Shown: positions 48,844-59,100 of the stretch, one piece after another | Position numbering within the stretch: position 1 is the stretch's first letter | How the letters are laid out: each line of letters begins with the position of its first letter | Origin: Caecitellus pseudoparvulus | Taxonomy: Eukaryota; Protista; Bigyra: Bicosoecida | DNA: 64,000 nt | Direction of reading: 5' to 3' | NCBI GenBank assembly: GCA_965644315.1 | Contig: CBFFRQ010000017.1 | Location: 62,001-126,000 of the forward strand | Translations under genes and position numbers: made by a program | The notes under the pieces: generated by a model | What the model was told of the DNA's origin: nothing | Databases searched by the model: none | Seen by the model: only the letters and a program-made list of their open reading frames with translations

Positions 48844-49854
48844 TTAGTTGCCGCCGGTGGCCTGGGCACCAGAAGCGGAGCTCTCGCTGCCAGGCACTGC
48901 ATCACCCTCCAAGCCGGGAATGGCCCCCTCATCGTCGTCGCTGTCGCCCTCGCCCTCGCCGCCGAGCGCGGACATGTCAGGCATGCCGGCGCCACCCATC
49001 AGCGCAGACATGTCAGGCATGCCGCCGGCACCGCCTGCACCGCCCATCAGTGCAGACATGTCGGGCATGCCACCGGCACCACCAGCGCCAGCCATCATGT
49101 CGGCGAAGTTCTGTGGTGAGCGGAGGTTGGCGAAGTGCGGTGAGTGCAAACGAGCTGGGGCGACGCAGGCCGGGGACGCAAGAACGCACCATGCCGCCAG
49201 CACCGCCGCCGAACTGCGACATGTCAAAGCCACCGCCACCAGCGCCGGCAGCCTTAGCCTCCTCCTCCTCGTCCTCATCCATGTACCGGCTCCAGTCGGC
49301 GGAGATGGGCAGGGCCTTCTCTGTGGCCTTGTCCTTCAGGAGGCGGGGCCAGTACTCGGCCTCCACGTCCTTCTTCATGATGTGGAAGTGCACCTCACGA
49401 GGACGCACGGTGTACTTGCTGTTCTGCAGAGGGGGGGAGGAGGGACTTGGGAGTGCCGGGCGGTGCCGGGAGAGAGCTGGGGAAAACCACAGCGCTGGAA
49501 GGCCAGCGAACAACGCCCGATTCCTGACCACTCACAGCATCGGCGGGGTCCACCTCGGCAAAGAATTCGATGTTTGCCTCGTACTTCTTGTCCTCGCCAC
49601 TCTCCTTGGACACGCCGCTGCAGGGGGAGGCGGGGGGCGGCGCCTTGTACTGCACTGACGCTCCGCCGCTGTGCGGGATTTGCTGGCGCAGGCTGTGCCA
49701 CGCCAACAGCGCAACGCCACTGCACGCACGTGAACTCAAGCTTGTTCTCGGTCAGCTTGATGTCAGTGTCTGCAAGGTCTGACACAGCGATGGTCAGGTA
49801 CAGGGAGTCCTTGCGCTGGGCCCACTTGATGGGGGCATGGATGGCGGCCGACAT
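48844..49854 (-). CDS. Hsp90 co-chaperone p23 (Sba1/PTGES3-like)
   Basis: PIKWAQRKDSLYLTI, YWPRLLKDK, DWSRYMDEDEEEE, then Gly/Met-rich tail; three introns. Confidence 0.93.
48965..49097 (-). repeat. Coding tandem repeat GGMPDMSAL(M)GG x3 in the p23 tail
   Basis: gacatgtc(a/g)ggcatgcc recurs three times at 39-48 nt spacing. Confidence 0.85.
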
Positions 49855-50032
49855 GGTGCTGGGAGTGGATTCGAGGTGTGGAAGGAAGTGTCCGGGGGCA
49901 GCTGGGGGCTGACACACGTGCACAGTTGCAGGGTTGCGTGGAGTGCTTGGGCTTGGAAATGTGGAAGGCGTCGTCCATTTACCGCCGCCAACCTCCCGGT
50001 CGAGGGCCACCTGGCGGGTCGGGCAGCGCCCG

Positions 50033-51850
50033 CTACCGTGGGCAGTGCTCCTTCAGGAGGTTGAAAACCACCTTGTCGCCGTCCCCCATCTGCGTCGTGA
50101 CGGCCCGGATGGCTCGCGCCAGGATGTGCCTGTACTCTGCCTTCTCTGCCTCGGGCACCTGCTTCATGTCCTTCTTCATGAACCGCTTCATGTCAGACAT
50201 GGCCACGCTGAAACCCTTGCGAACCATGAACTCCACGACGCGGCCCTTGACAGCAGCCAGGGAGGACCGATCGCCCCTGCTTGGCTGCGGTGCCGCCACA
50301 CCCGGCGCCCGGCGCTTGGGGCGCGGGGGTCCACTGGCAGCCGCTGGCTCGACGGCAGCATCGCTGCGAGCACGTTTCTGCCCACCCAACGCTGGCGCGC
50401 TGGGGCCTGCCTGGGCGCCCCCAGCACTGTCAGGAGCAGCAGCTCCAGCAAAGTGCATGACACTGGAGAGTGTGCCTTCGGCGGCAGGCGCTGGGGTCTT
50501 GGCCTGCGGGGCTGCGGTGTCGGCAGGCTCGTCCAAGTCCTCGCCGTCCAGCTGGCGCAGGCGTCGCAAGAAGCGGCGAGTGCTGCGCTCCTGCTGTGCC
50601 TGCAGGCGCTGCGCCTCAGTCATGTTCTCCATGTCCCCCCCAGCGCCCTCCTCCTCCTCCTCCTCCTCCTCGTCGCTGTCTTGCCCCTTTTCCCCCTCTG
50701 CGTCTTCCTGCAGCTCAGCCAGCATCTCAGCCTGCAAGTCCTTGTCGCCGTGCTCCTGCTCCGCCTCGTCGTCCTGGAAGTCGAAGAGAGTGTCCATGCC
50801 CCCGTCGTCCAGCACGTCGTCCTCCTCCAGCTCCAAGTCGCCGTCACCCCCGCCGCCGCCGCCTCGCGAGGAGCCGCCGCGCCCACTCCACCGCGCCTTG
50901 AACATGTCGTCTGCGACCCGGTCTTCCAGGGACCGCGCAAAGTCACGGTACGATTCAAATTCCTCTTCTGGCTGCAAGTCGGGCGCCGCCTGCACCTCGC
51001 TGTCGGCGGCACGTGCCTCTCGCTCCCGAGCCGCCTGGCGCACGACCAGGCGCTGCCGCTCCTCGCTCGTCAAGTGCGACCACCTCTTGGAGTCCAGCCC
51101 AGTCTCGGCAGCCACCCGGGCATCCTTCAGCTCCTGGGCAGTGGAGGCCCGCAGGCTCGTGGACTCCTCTGTGCGCCCCTGCTTTGCCAGCAGCCCAGCA
51201 CGCATGCCAGCCAGGAGCGTCGGCCGACTGCGGCTGAGCACGACAGGTGCGGCGTCTGGCTCGTCAGCAGCTGACGCAGCTTTCCAAGGCCGCTTGTCGA
51301 ACTTCAGCGTCTCATGCAGCATGGCCAACCCCAGCCGCTTCGTCCCGTCTGGAGCAGGCTGCAGAGGGAACACGACGGCTGTGCAGAGAGGGGGGGGGCG
51401 TGCGGGCAAGCTGACCCGGCGTCACAACGGCGGGGCTGCCGTACCATGGCACGGTGTCTGTGAGTCGATAATGCCGGAGTACGAGTGCTTGTCACCAGCA
51501 TCAGCCAAGGTCACAGTCTCTGTCGTGGGGAGGTGGGTGGCGTGAAGCATGGTGGTGGCCGGGCCAACTTGTTGCGCCTCACGTTGGTCAGCCTCAGGGA
51601 CGCCGCGCTGAACGTGGAGTAACATGGGGCGCTCCCACTCGTCGAAGTTAGGTTCCGTCTCTTTGGGTCCGGGGACAACTCCGGGCTGCGCAGTTCCGTG
51701 CAAAGCCAGTGATGCGGGGGCCTGAAAGCGGCCTGGACGCAGGCGAAACGCCAGGGAAACTCGGCTCACCTTTCGCTCCATGTCGAAGCGCCCTGCGACA
51801 AGCTTGCTCCGCAGAGGCAACCTGACCAGCTCATACTTCTCTGTCGCCAT
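50033..51850 (-). CDS. Probable TFIIF large subunit (RAP74/Tfg1)-like protein
   Basis: N-terminal LADAGDKHSYSGII...AVVF...LKFDKR, central acidic FDFQDDE region and C-terminal winged-helix-like segment (VVEFMVRKG..VAMSDMKRFMK...LARAIRAV...VFNL); introns at ~51686-51769 and 51380-51444. Confidence 0.5.
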
Positions 51851-52056
51851 GATAGGCGCAGTTATCGGCGAGGGAGCTCCTTTCCTGAAGGCTGCGGAGC
51901 TGCCCGAAACTGGCCACCCAAGTTGGCCGCTGGCGCAGCGAACCGAGGTTTGCCTCGTGCCAGTGAGAACAGCGGGCGCCAGAGGAGCCTGCCTTGAGCT
52001 GGCGTCACACTGCACATCCTCAGCCAAACATCTTGAATTTGAGTGACCCCCTGTCC

Positions 52057-53616
52057 TCACAGCTCCTCTTCCTGCTCTGCAGCCTGGCGCACCAGCCGGT
52101 CCATCTCGTGCAGGTCCATGCGCAGGCTAGCGGCGTCCTGCTCTGGCATGCGGAAGTCCTCCTCGTACACGCCCTGGTCAAACGCGTCTATGTCTGCATG
52201 CAGGTTTTCATCTCGCCAGCGGGTGTCCTCGGACGCAGCCTGGTATGCGTGAGCGTCAGCGTCCACCGGCGAGCGGGACAGCGGCGATCCCCGCTGCACC
52301 GCCTGAGGGGGCTCCGGATCCACGTCCTCGATCGCAGCGTCCCAGTCCATGTGCTCCACGACAGGCTCTGCCTTCGCCTTGGTCGCCGCAGCACGTGGCT
52401 TGGGCAGGGGCCCAGGCGCAGGGGGCGGCTCGTGCCGCTCACTCCACTCGCCAAAAGGCTCCTCGTAGGCGCAGCGAAAGCCCACTTCGTACAGTGATGT
52501 GGAGTTTGCGTGCATGCGCCGGGCTGCCGGCCGGGCGCGGTCGTTGACGGCGCGGTGGCACATGAAGCTGCAGCCCTTCACGACCTGCGGTCCGGGCACG
52601 ACCGTGTCGTCAGCCAGCTGGTCGCCAGCGGCGAGGCGGGCCAGCTCGTAGTAGCACGTCTGGTCCGCGACGCCCCGCAGACGCAGGGCCGTCGTGTTGC
52701 ACCAGGCACTGGCCGTCCACTCCCACACATTCCCCACCATGCCCACCAGGCCCCAGGCGTTCTGGTCGCCAGCAGCCTGCACTGGCGCCAAGAACCGGAA
52801 GCCGTCAGCGCCGCTGTCCGTGCTGGGGAACTGCCCCTGCCAGGTGTTGGCGCGGTACTGCCCGTGTGGGCGCCACTTGTTCCCCCAGGGAAACTGCCTG
52901 CCTTGCTTCGGCCCCCGTGCCGCCGCCTCCCATTCCTCTTCGCTGGGCAGGCGGCCGCCGTCCCAGGCGCAGAAGGCTGCTGCGTCCAGCGCAGACACCT
53001 GCACGACAGGCTGCACTTGGCGCCCGAGACGGTGCAGGCCTTGGGCTGTCGCAGACGCTGCCAGGGCCTGCATGGTGTCGGGCGTCAGGGCGGCGCCAGA
53101 GGCCAGCGCGGCGGCGGCATCCGGCGCTGCTGCAGCAGCCTCCGCGACGCCCGTGGAGAGGTCTGTGCCGTCCCCTTCAGGCGCCCACCAGCGAGCAGTG
53201 TCCGACACCACCCACCACTCGCTGTCCTTCACACTGGCTGCCTTGGGCACGGCAGCCGCCGCATCGGGCTCCATGGCGGGTTTGAAGACGAAGGCGCTGC
53301 CTCCCTTCTCGGCACTCGTGCGGTGCGCGGTGTCCGCCACGAACTCGGCGAATCGGGCGTTGGTGACGGGAAACCTGTCCATCCAGAACTCCCCCACCTC
53401 GGCGATGTACTGGGGCCCCTCCCCGTCTGCCTTGTACACGACGTCTTCAGGCGCTGCTCCGATGAGGCGTGCATGCGACGGAATGTGCTGTCGCTGCCGC
53501 TGCCATGCCTGAGGCAGCCACGCCAGCACCTGAGCAGGGACAGAGCTTGCGTGCAACGTCGGCACCGTGCTGAGGCAAACGCCTGCCAGCAGCAGCACGT
53601 GCTTCGTGACGCGCAT
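52057..53616 (-). CDS. Formylglycine-generating enzyme (SUMF) family protein, probably ER-luminal
   Basis: Signal peptide, DGEGP, VTNARFAEFV, RLPSEEEWE.AARG, FPWGN, ANTWQG.FP, GNVWEW, GFRC; ends AAEQEEEL. Confidence 0.88.
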   Translation of the reverse strand: MRVTKHVLLLAGVCLSTVPTLHASSVPAQVLAWLPQAWQRQRQHIPSHARLIGAAPEDVVYKADGEGPQYIAEVGEFWMDRFPVTNARFAEFVADTAHRTSAEKGGSAFVFKPAMEPDAAAAVPKAASVKDSEWWVVSDTARWWAPEGDGTDLSTGVAEAAAAAPDAAAALASGAALTPDTMQALAASATAQGLHRLGRQVQPVVQVSALDAAAFCAWDGGRLPSEEEWEAAARGPKQGRQFPWGNKWRPHGQYRANTWQGQFPSTDSGADGFRFLAPVQAAGDQNAWGLVGMVGNVWEWTASAWCNTTALRLRGVADQTCYYELARLAAGDQLADDTVVPGPQVVKGCSFMCHRAVNDRARPAARRMHANSTSLYEVGFRCAYEEPFGEWSERHEPPPAPGPLPKPRAAATKAKAEPVVEHMDWDAAIEDVDPEPPQAVQRGSPLSRSPVDADAHAYQAASEDTRWRDENLHADIDAFDQGVYEEDFRMPEQDAASLRMDLHEMDRLVRQAAEQEEEL

Positions 53617-53835
53617 GGCCAGCCACCAGCTTCGTGTCGCACGCGACTGAGCCAACCACGCCACGTGCCAGACAGCCCAGTGTCGGGCAGCCGACGAGAC
53701 CACACTTTACGAGGGGTACGCCTTGCAGCAGACCGTGTTGTGGCCAGGCGCCCTTGATTCGTTGTTTGTGTAAGTTTTGCACATCTGCCGTGGCTGCGGG
53801 TACGCACCCCAGTCTTCCTCGCAGCAACATGCATT

Positions 53836-55714
53836 TCAAGAAACCATCAGCCCGTGCTGGAGCGTGTGCAGCAGAGGGCTTGCGTCCAACATGCTTTCCA
53901 GGGAAGTTGCGCCTCCAGGCAGCGTCACAGCTGGGTCTTCAAATCCTGTGCCGTTCCAATGCGCACAGACGAGGGGAAGGAGCCCCGCAGCTTGCGCAGG
54001 CAAGTGCTGCATCCCAGTGGGCAGGCCGGCGGCGGCGCAGGCTGCTGGGATGTGGCTGGCCAAGTCGGCGTGTGGGCCCTCCAGGAGCCACTGCAGGCCA
54101 AACATGGACGCCAGCACGCCCGAGGCGGAGTTGAGCGGGAAGAGGGGGGGCGGGGACACACGCCCACACAGCGGCATTTCCCCCACGTGGTTGTACACGG
54201 CAGCATAGTGCAGCCCCGAGGCGAGGATGACCAGCCAGTACCACAGGCCCTGCAGGGAGGAGGGAAACAGGCGCTCCCGCAGGTAGAAGAGGATGCCTGC
54301 GGAGTAGATGAGGCCCCCTGCCAACAGCAGCACCATGCCCTCAGTGTGGAAGCAGGGCCAGCCCATGGACAGCGGCACGACAGCCGACCAGCCGATGAGG
54401 AAATACGACGAGATGCGAGTAGCGCGGGTGATCCAGGAGCGCCCCCGCAGCGTGGCAGCCAATGCCATGCCCAGCAACGCCACACCCCACACGTACAGCA
54501 GAAAGAGGCGAGACCACCAGACGTTGGCCAGGTTCACCAGCATGAAGGGCGTGTACGTCCCGGCGACGAGCGTGAAGATGGACAGCTTGTCCAGCACCCG
54601 CAGCCAGGGCGAGGAGGAGGTGAGGAAGAACAAACTGTGCCCCAGGGTGGAGGCCAGGAACATGCCCAGCAGGCCCAGGGTGTACAGGCCTGCGCCGACG
54701 ATCTGCGCGACCGAGCCGCTGGCCCGGGCCTTGGTCAGCAGCGGCACCGCTCCCACCGTGGACAGCAGCAGGCCGATGCCGTGAATGACACTGTTGTACA
54801 CCTCCCACGACACGAAGTTGCCGCTGTACTTCACCTGCACCTCGGGCATGACCACCGCCAGGACGCGCTCCTGGGTGTGCCCCATGGCCCGCCGGGCGGC
54901 GTCCCGGGCCCCAGGTCCACCCACCACGTCAGCCTCCTCCATCGCACGCTCCAGCGCCGCCGAGGCTTTGGAGGCTGCTTCGCGCTGCCGCTGCTCCTGC
55001 CGCCGGTGGACCGCCGTGACGAGCTCCTGTGCCCCCCGCACACGCAAGTCGTTGTTGCAAACGTCCAGCACGCGCAGGGCAGGGTGCTGCAGGATGACAC
55101 GCGCCAAGCCTCCAGCGCCAGCCAGCCCGATGCGGTTGCCTCGCAGCACCACCCGTTGCACTGAGCGGTTGGTCTTCAGACCTGCTGCCAGAGCGACAGC
55201 TCCATGCTCACCTATGTCATTGTCCGTGAGGTTGAGCACCTTGACGGCGTCTGCGAAGGCGTTGGGTGGAAGCCGTCCAATGTGTGAGTGCCAACGTTTC
55301 ACGCCCGTTTCACGCACGATTGCTGCTCAGAATGGCCGCCAGCGGGTAGCAGCCGTGGTTCCCGATGCAGCAGCGACTGAAATCCAGAGTTGTGATGGTG
55401 GCGTTGTACTGCAGGATGTGCGTCAACACGATGAGATCTCGAGCCGATGTACTGGCTTCGAACTGCAGCTGGGTGACGTGGAAGGCCAGCGCCGTGCAGA
55501 CAGAGCCCAGAGGCTCCGTTCCGTGCTGCTGGCAGACGGCGTAGTACACCTGCAGCGCCGCTGGAACTTGATTCGTCACAGACACTACGGGCTGCGCGAC
55601 GTCCGGGCCTGCCTCTCGCGACTCGTGGTGCACTCGCATCTGGGGACTGCCAGCTTGGCCCAGCGACGCAGGCACTGACAAGCTTCGTGACCCCTCATCG
55701 TCAGATGACGACAT
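53836..55714 (-). CDS. Leucine-rich-repeat + hemolysin III/PAQR 7TM fusion protein
   Basis: RI-type LRRs (LDFSRCCIGNHG, LNLTDNDIGEHG, VVLRGNRIG, LDVCNNDL) joined across intron 55251-55317, then EVYNSVIHG, ASTLGHS, LDK..IF.LVAGTYTPF, GGLIYS.G. Confidence 0.85.
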
Positions 55715-56100
55715 GGCCAGCAGAGGGCGCTCTTGCACCCTGTCACTTGTGGCCAAACGGTGCCTCGACTCCCCAGGGGGGCACGGTGAGCGTCGGGTTG
55801 GGGCAGCGCCCTCGGAGGGTTGGTTGGTGGCTCGAAGCCAGTCGAGGCTGGCGATCTCCCTCCACTGCAGTGTGGGCCGCAGCCGAGCACGCAGACATGG
55901 TGGAGCAAAAATAAAATACCCTTGACTGTGGGTGGTGGAATGTGCAGCTTCAATGTCTCTGCGCCCTCCTCACACTCACCTGCAGGGGAAGGCTGCCGAG
56001 CCCTCCAACGGGCGCCGTTTCACCGACACCACGCCACGCCCCATCTGCCGCAGCTCGGCAGGAAGGGAAGGCCTGCTCTGACCACTTCACAGGGTGAGCC

Positions 56101-59100
56101 ATGGCTAGTCCTGCAGGGCACATTGCAGGTGTTCTGGCTGCTCTCGCGGGCTTCTCTGGAGGGGAAGACGTTGTCGCAGGGGACAAGTCCGTGCAGGCGT
56201 TTTTGCAGCACGCAGAGTACGTTGTCAAGGCACCGTCCCGGCTGAGCACCGCCCCGTTTCACACTTTGCACTGCCTTGGACGCTTTGTGCAGGTGCATGG
56301 TCTTGCAGTGTGCGGTGACCGGGGGTGCCCTCACCACTTCGGCCGGCCACGCCGCCAAGCAGGCTGGAGAGGGTGTGGACTGCACGGTGCTCTTCGTCAA
56401 GACGCTGCCGGCGGCGCTGGAGGACGTGGACGCATTCCGCCAGCATGTCATCACGTCCACATTGGCAGAGAGTGTTGCCACATCCCTGGCTGCCTCTGTG
56501 CACCGAGTCTACGCGCCAAGCCTCCTGCGCGGCAGTGGGCAGAGTGGAGCGGACGAGGGCGCTCACTTGCCCCGCTCAGCGGCTGCCAGCCTCGGCGCCC
56601 TGGACACAGTGCTGGGCAGCATGGCAGACGGGGCTGTGGGCAGCGGCATTCTGGTGCAGGAGGCGCGGTTCTGGAGCTCCAAGCCGCCCCCCGCCTCCGC
56701 CCTGGCTCCCGTGTTCGAGGCAGTGGGCGAGCGGTGGGCTAGCCTGGGGGACGCCCCCACCCCCGCCAGCCTGCTAGACCTCCTGGCAGACACGCTGCAC
56801 ACGCTGGAAGACGTGTGGAACGGCGACGCCGCAGAGGGCGCCGGGCGCTTTCCTCAGGAGCGCATGGCCGCCCTCATGACGGGCGTCGCGACAGTGCTGG
56901 CTGGCATGCTGGCAGAGGCGGTGTGGGCGCTGCCCCTGTGGGACCCAGCCTGTGGCGGCACGGTGCGTGGCGTGCTGGGAGATGCTGTGCAGGCGGCTGG
57001 CGCATGGCTGGCAGGCGTCAAGACGCTGACTGAGGAGCAGTGGCAGGTGGACCCCGACCGCCCCTGGTCCGGCCCCGCCCCCTCCATGGGCCGCCTGGCA
57101 GACCTGGCCGATCGCCTGCAGTCCGTGCTGGCTGTGCGTTCCGCGCACGATGAGCTCATGCACCTGCTGCCCCCCTCCCGAAGGGGGGCGGCGGGGCAGG
57201 TGCTGGAGAGTTTGCAGGGGCATGGCGCTGCCCTGCTCTCAGTGGATGCCGCTGGGGACATGCTGTGGAAGCACGCCCAAAGCAGGTATGCGGCGGGCGT
57301 GGAGCCCTTCGAGGGCGAAGTAGCGGCGTCTCTGCGGGGCATTCTGCAGCGGGCGACGTCTGGGGCGGCAGGAGGCGGCGGCGGGCGCCCCCTCACCGCC
57401 ATCGCAGAGTTTAGCCGCTTCAAGGGGCTACTGGACCGCCCCTCCATCGCACGGGCCCTGACGGGCGAGCTAGAGGCCTTGGCCGCTCAGTTGACGGCGA
57501 CGGTGGAAGGGCTGGAGGGCCAGCTGGACGCGCGACGCAGCCGTGTCGTGGTGGACGGTGACGTGAAGGGGCTGGCTCCCGTCGTGGCCAGCATCGTGTG
57601 GGCCGCCGGCGTGAAGGCGCGTGCCAAGCGCCTGCTGGAGGCGGCGGCACCGCTGCTGTCCAAGCTGCCTTCCTGGGGTGGCCTGGCGTCCTCTGGGCGG
57701 GAGGTGGCTGCCGCCTGCGACAGCTGGGCCAAGGACTTGTTCGCTGAGTGGTGCGGCGTGGTGCGGGAGCACCTGGTGGATGACCCAGATGGCGACTTTG
57801 CCCTGCACGCGTCCGGAAGAGTGATGGACTTCGACGCATCCGGTGGCATGGTGGTGCGGTACTCTGAAGCCCTTGTCGTGCTGCTGCGGCAGGTGCGCCA
57901 GCTGCGGGAGCTGGGGTACCGCGTCCCCAGCAAGGTTGCACGGGCTGTGGCAGATGCGGAGGAGTACTTCCGGTACGCCGTCATGCTCAAGAAGGTGGCG
58001 AGCTTCTACAACACCATGAACGCGATTATCATCCCCACCACCAAGCCAATGCTGTTGGGCCCCCTCGCCGAGTTCGAGGACCTGGTGCAGAATGGCCACG
58101 GGGGAGCCTCAGGCGGCAGTGGCGCTGTCACGTGGAGCAACCCCGAGGAGTGTGCACGGTTTGTCTCGGCGCTGCAGCGCGCTGCGGACCGTGTCGCCAC
58201 CGCGAACAAGCGCCTGCGCAAGACCCACGCCTGGCTGGGGGAGACTGCCGTGACGCTGATGGACCTGTCCCCCCTGCGGCAGCGAGACACCTTCCGCCGC
58301 CTGCTCACGAACGTGCACAGTCAAGTGTCTGCTCTGGTGCGGGAGGGCCGCTTCACGCCCGACCAGCTGCGACGCTGGTGCACACATTGGGATGCCCAGT
58401 TGTTCAAGGCGGTGGAGTGTGGCTACCGCTGGGGCTGCGAGAGTTTGAATGAGAGCTTGGGTGAGATCAAGGCAGAGTTGACGCTGCAGGGTGGGCGTCT
58501 CGCCTTCCGCCCGCCTCTGGAGGAGCTGCGGGCGGCGTATTACGGGGACATGCGCCGCTTCTTGGCCATGCCAGCCACACTGCAGGGTCTGTTGGAAGCC
58601 GCCACAGGAGGCTCAGGCAAGGCCCAACCACACCCTTGGTTTGGGCGCATGGCCCAAGTGAACTCCCCCAGCGTCCTGGAGGTGTTCCGCAAGGCTGAGA
58701 TCCTCTTTGCCCGTGTGTCCAAGGTGGCGGACGGGTACAAGTCGTGGGAGGTGCTGGGGAAGGTGGACTTGGATGCGCTGGTGGCGGCCATGGCGGCAGC
58801 CTCCGGCGGCCTCAACGGCGCCATGTTCGGCTCCATCCTGGACAGCGTCAAGGCCAAGCGCAAGGAGGTGGACAAGCTCCCAGACACCACATCGGTGGAC
58901 TGCGTCACGCTGTCCCTGGTGCCGTTGAAGTCCGCCCTGGGCGATGCTCTGGCGCGGGTGAACGACGGCGTCGCCTTGGCCGTCCGGCAAGAGGTGTCCA
59001 CACAGCTGAAGGAGGTGGAGGACTGGCTGGCAGACGCGGCGTCCACCCTGGCCACCCGCCCCACGTCCATTGACGAGATCGCCACCGCCCAAGTGGCTGC

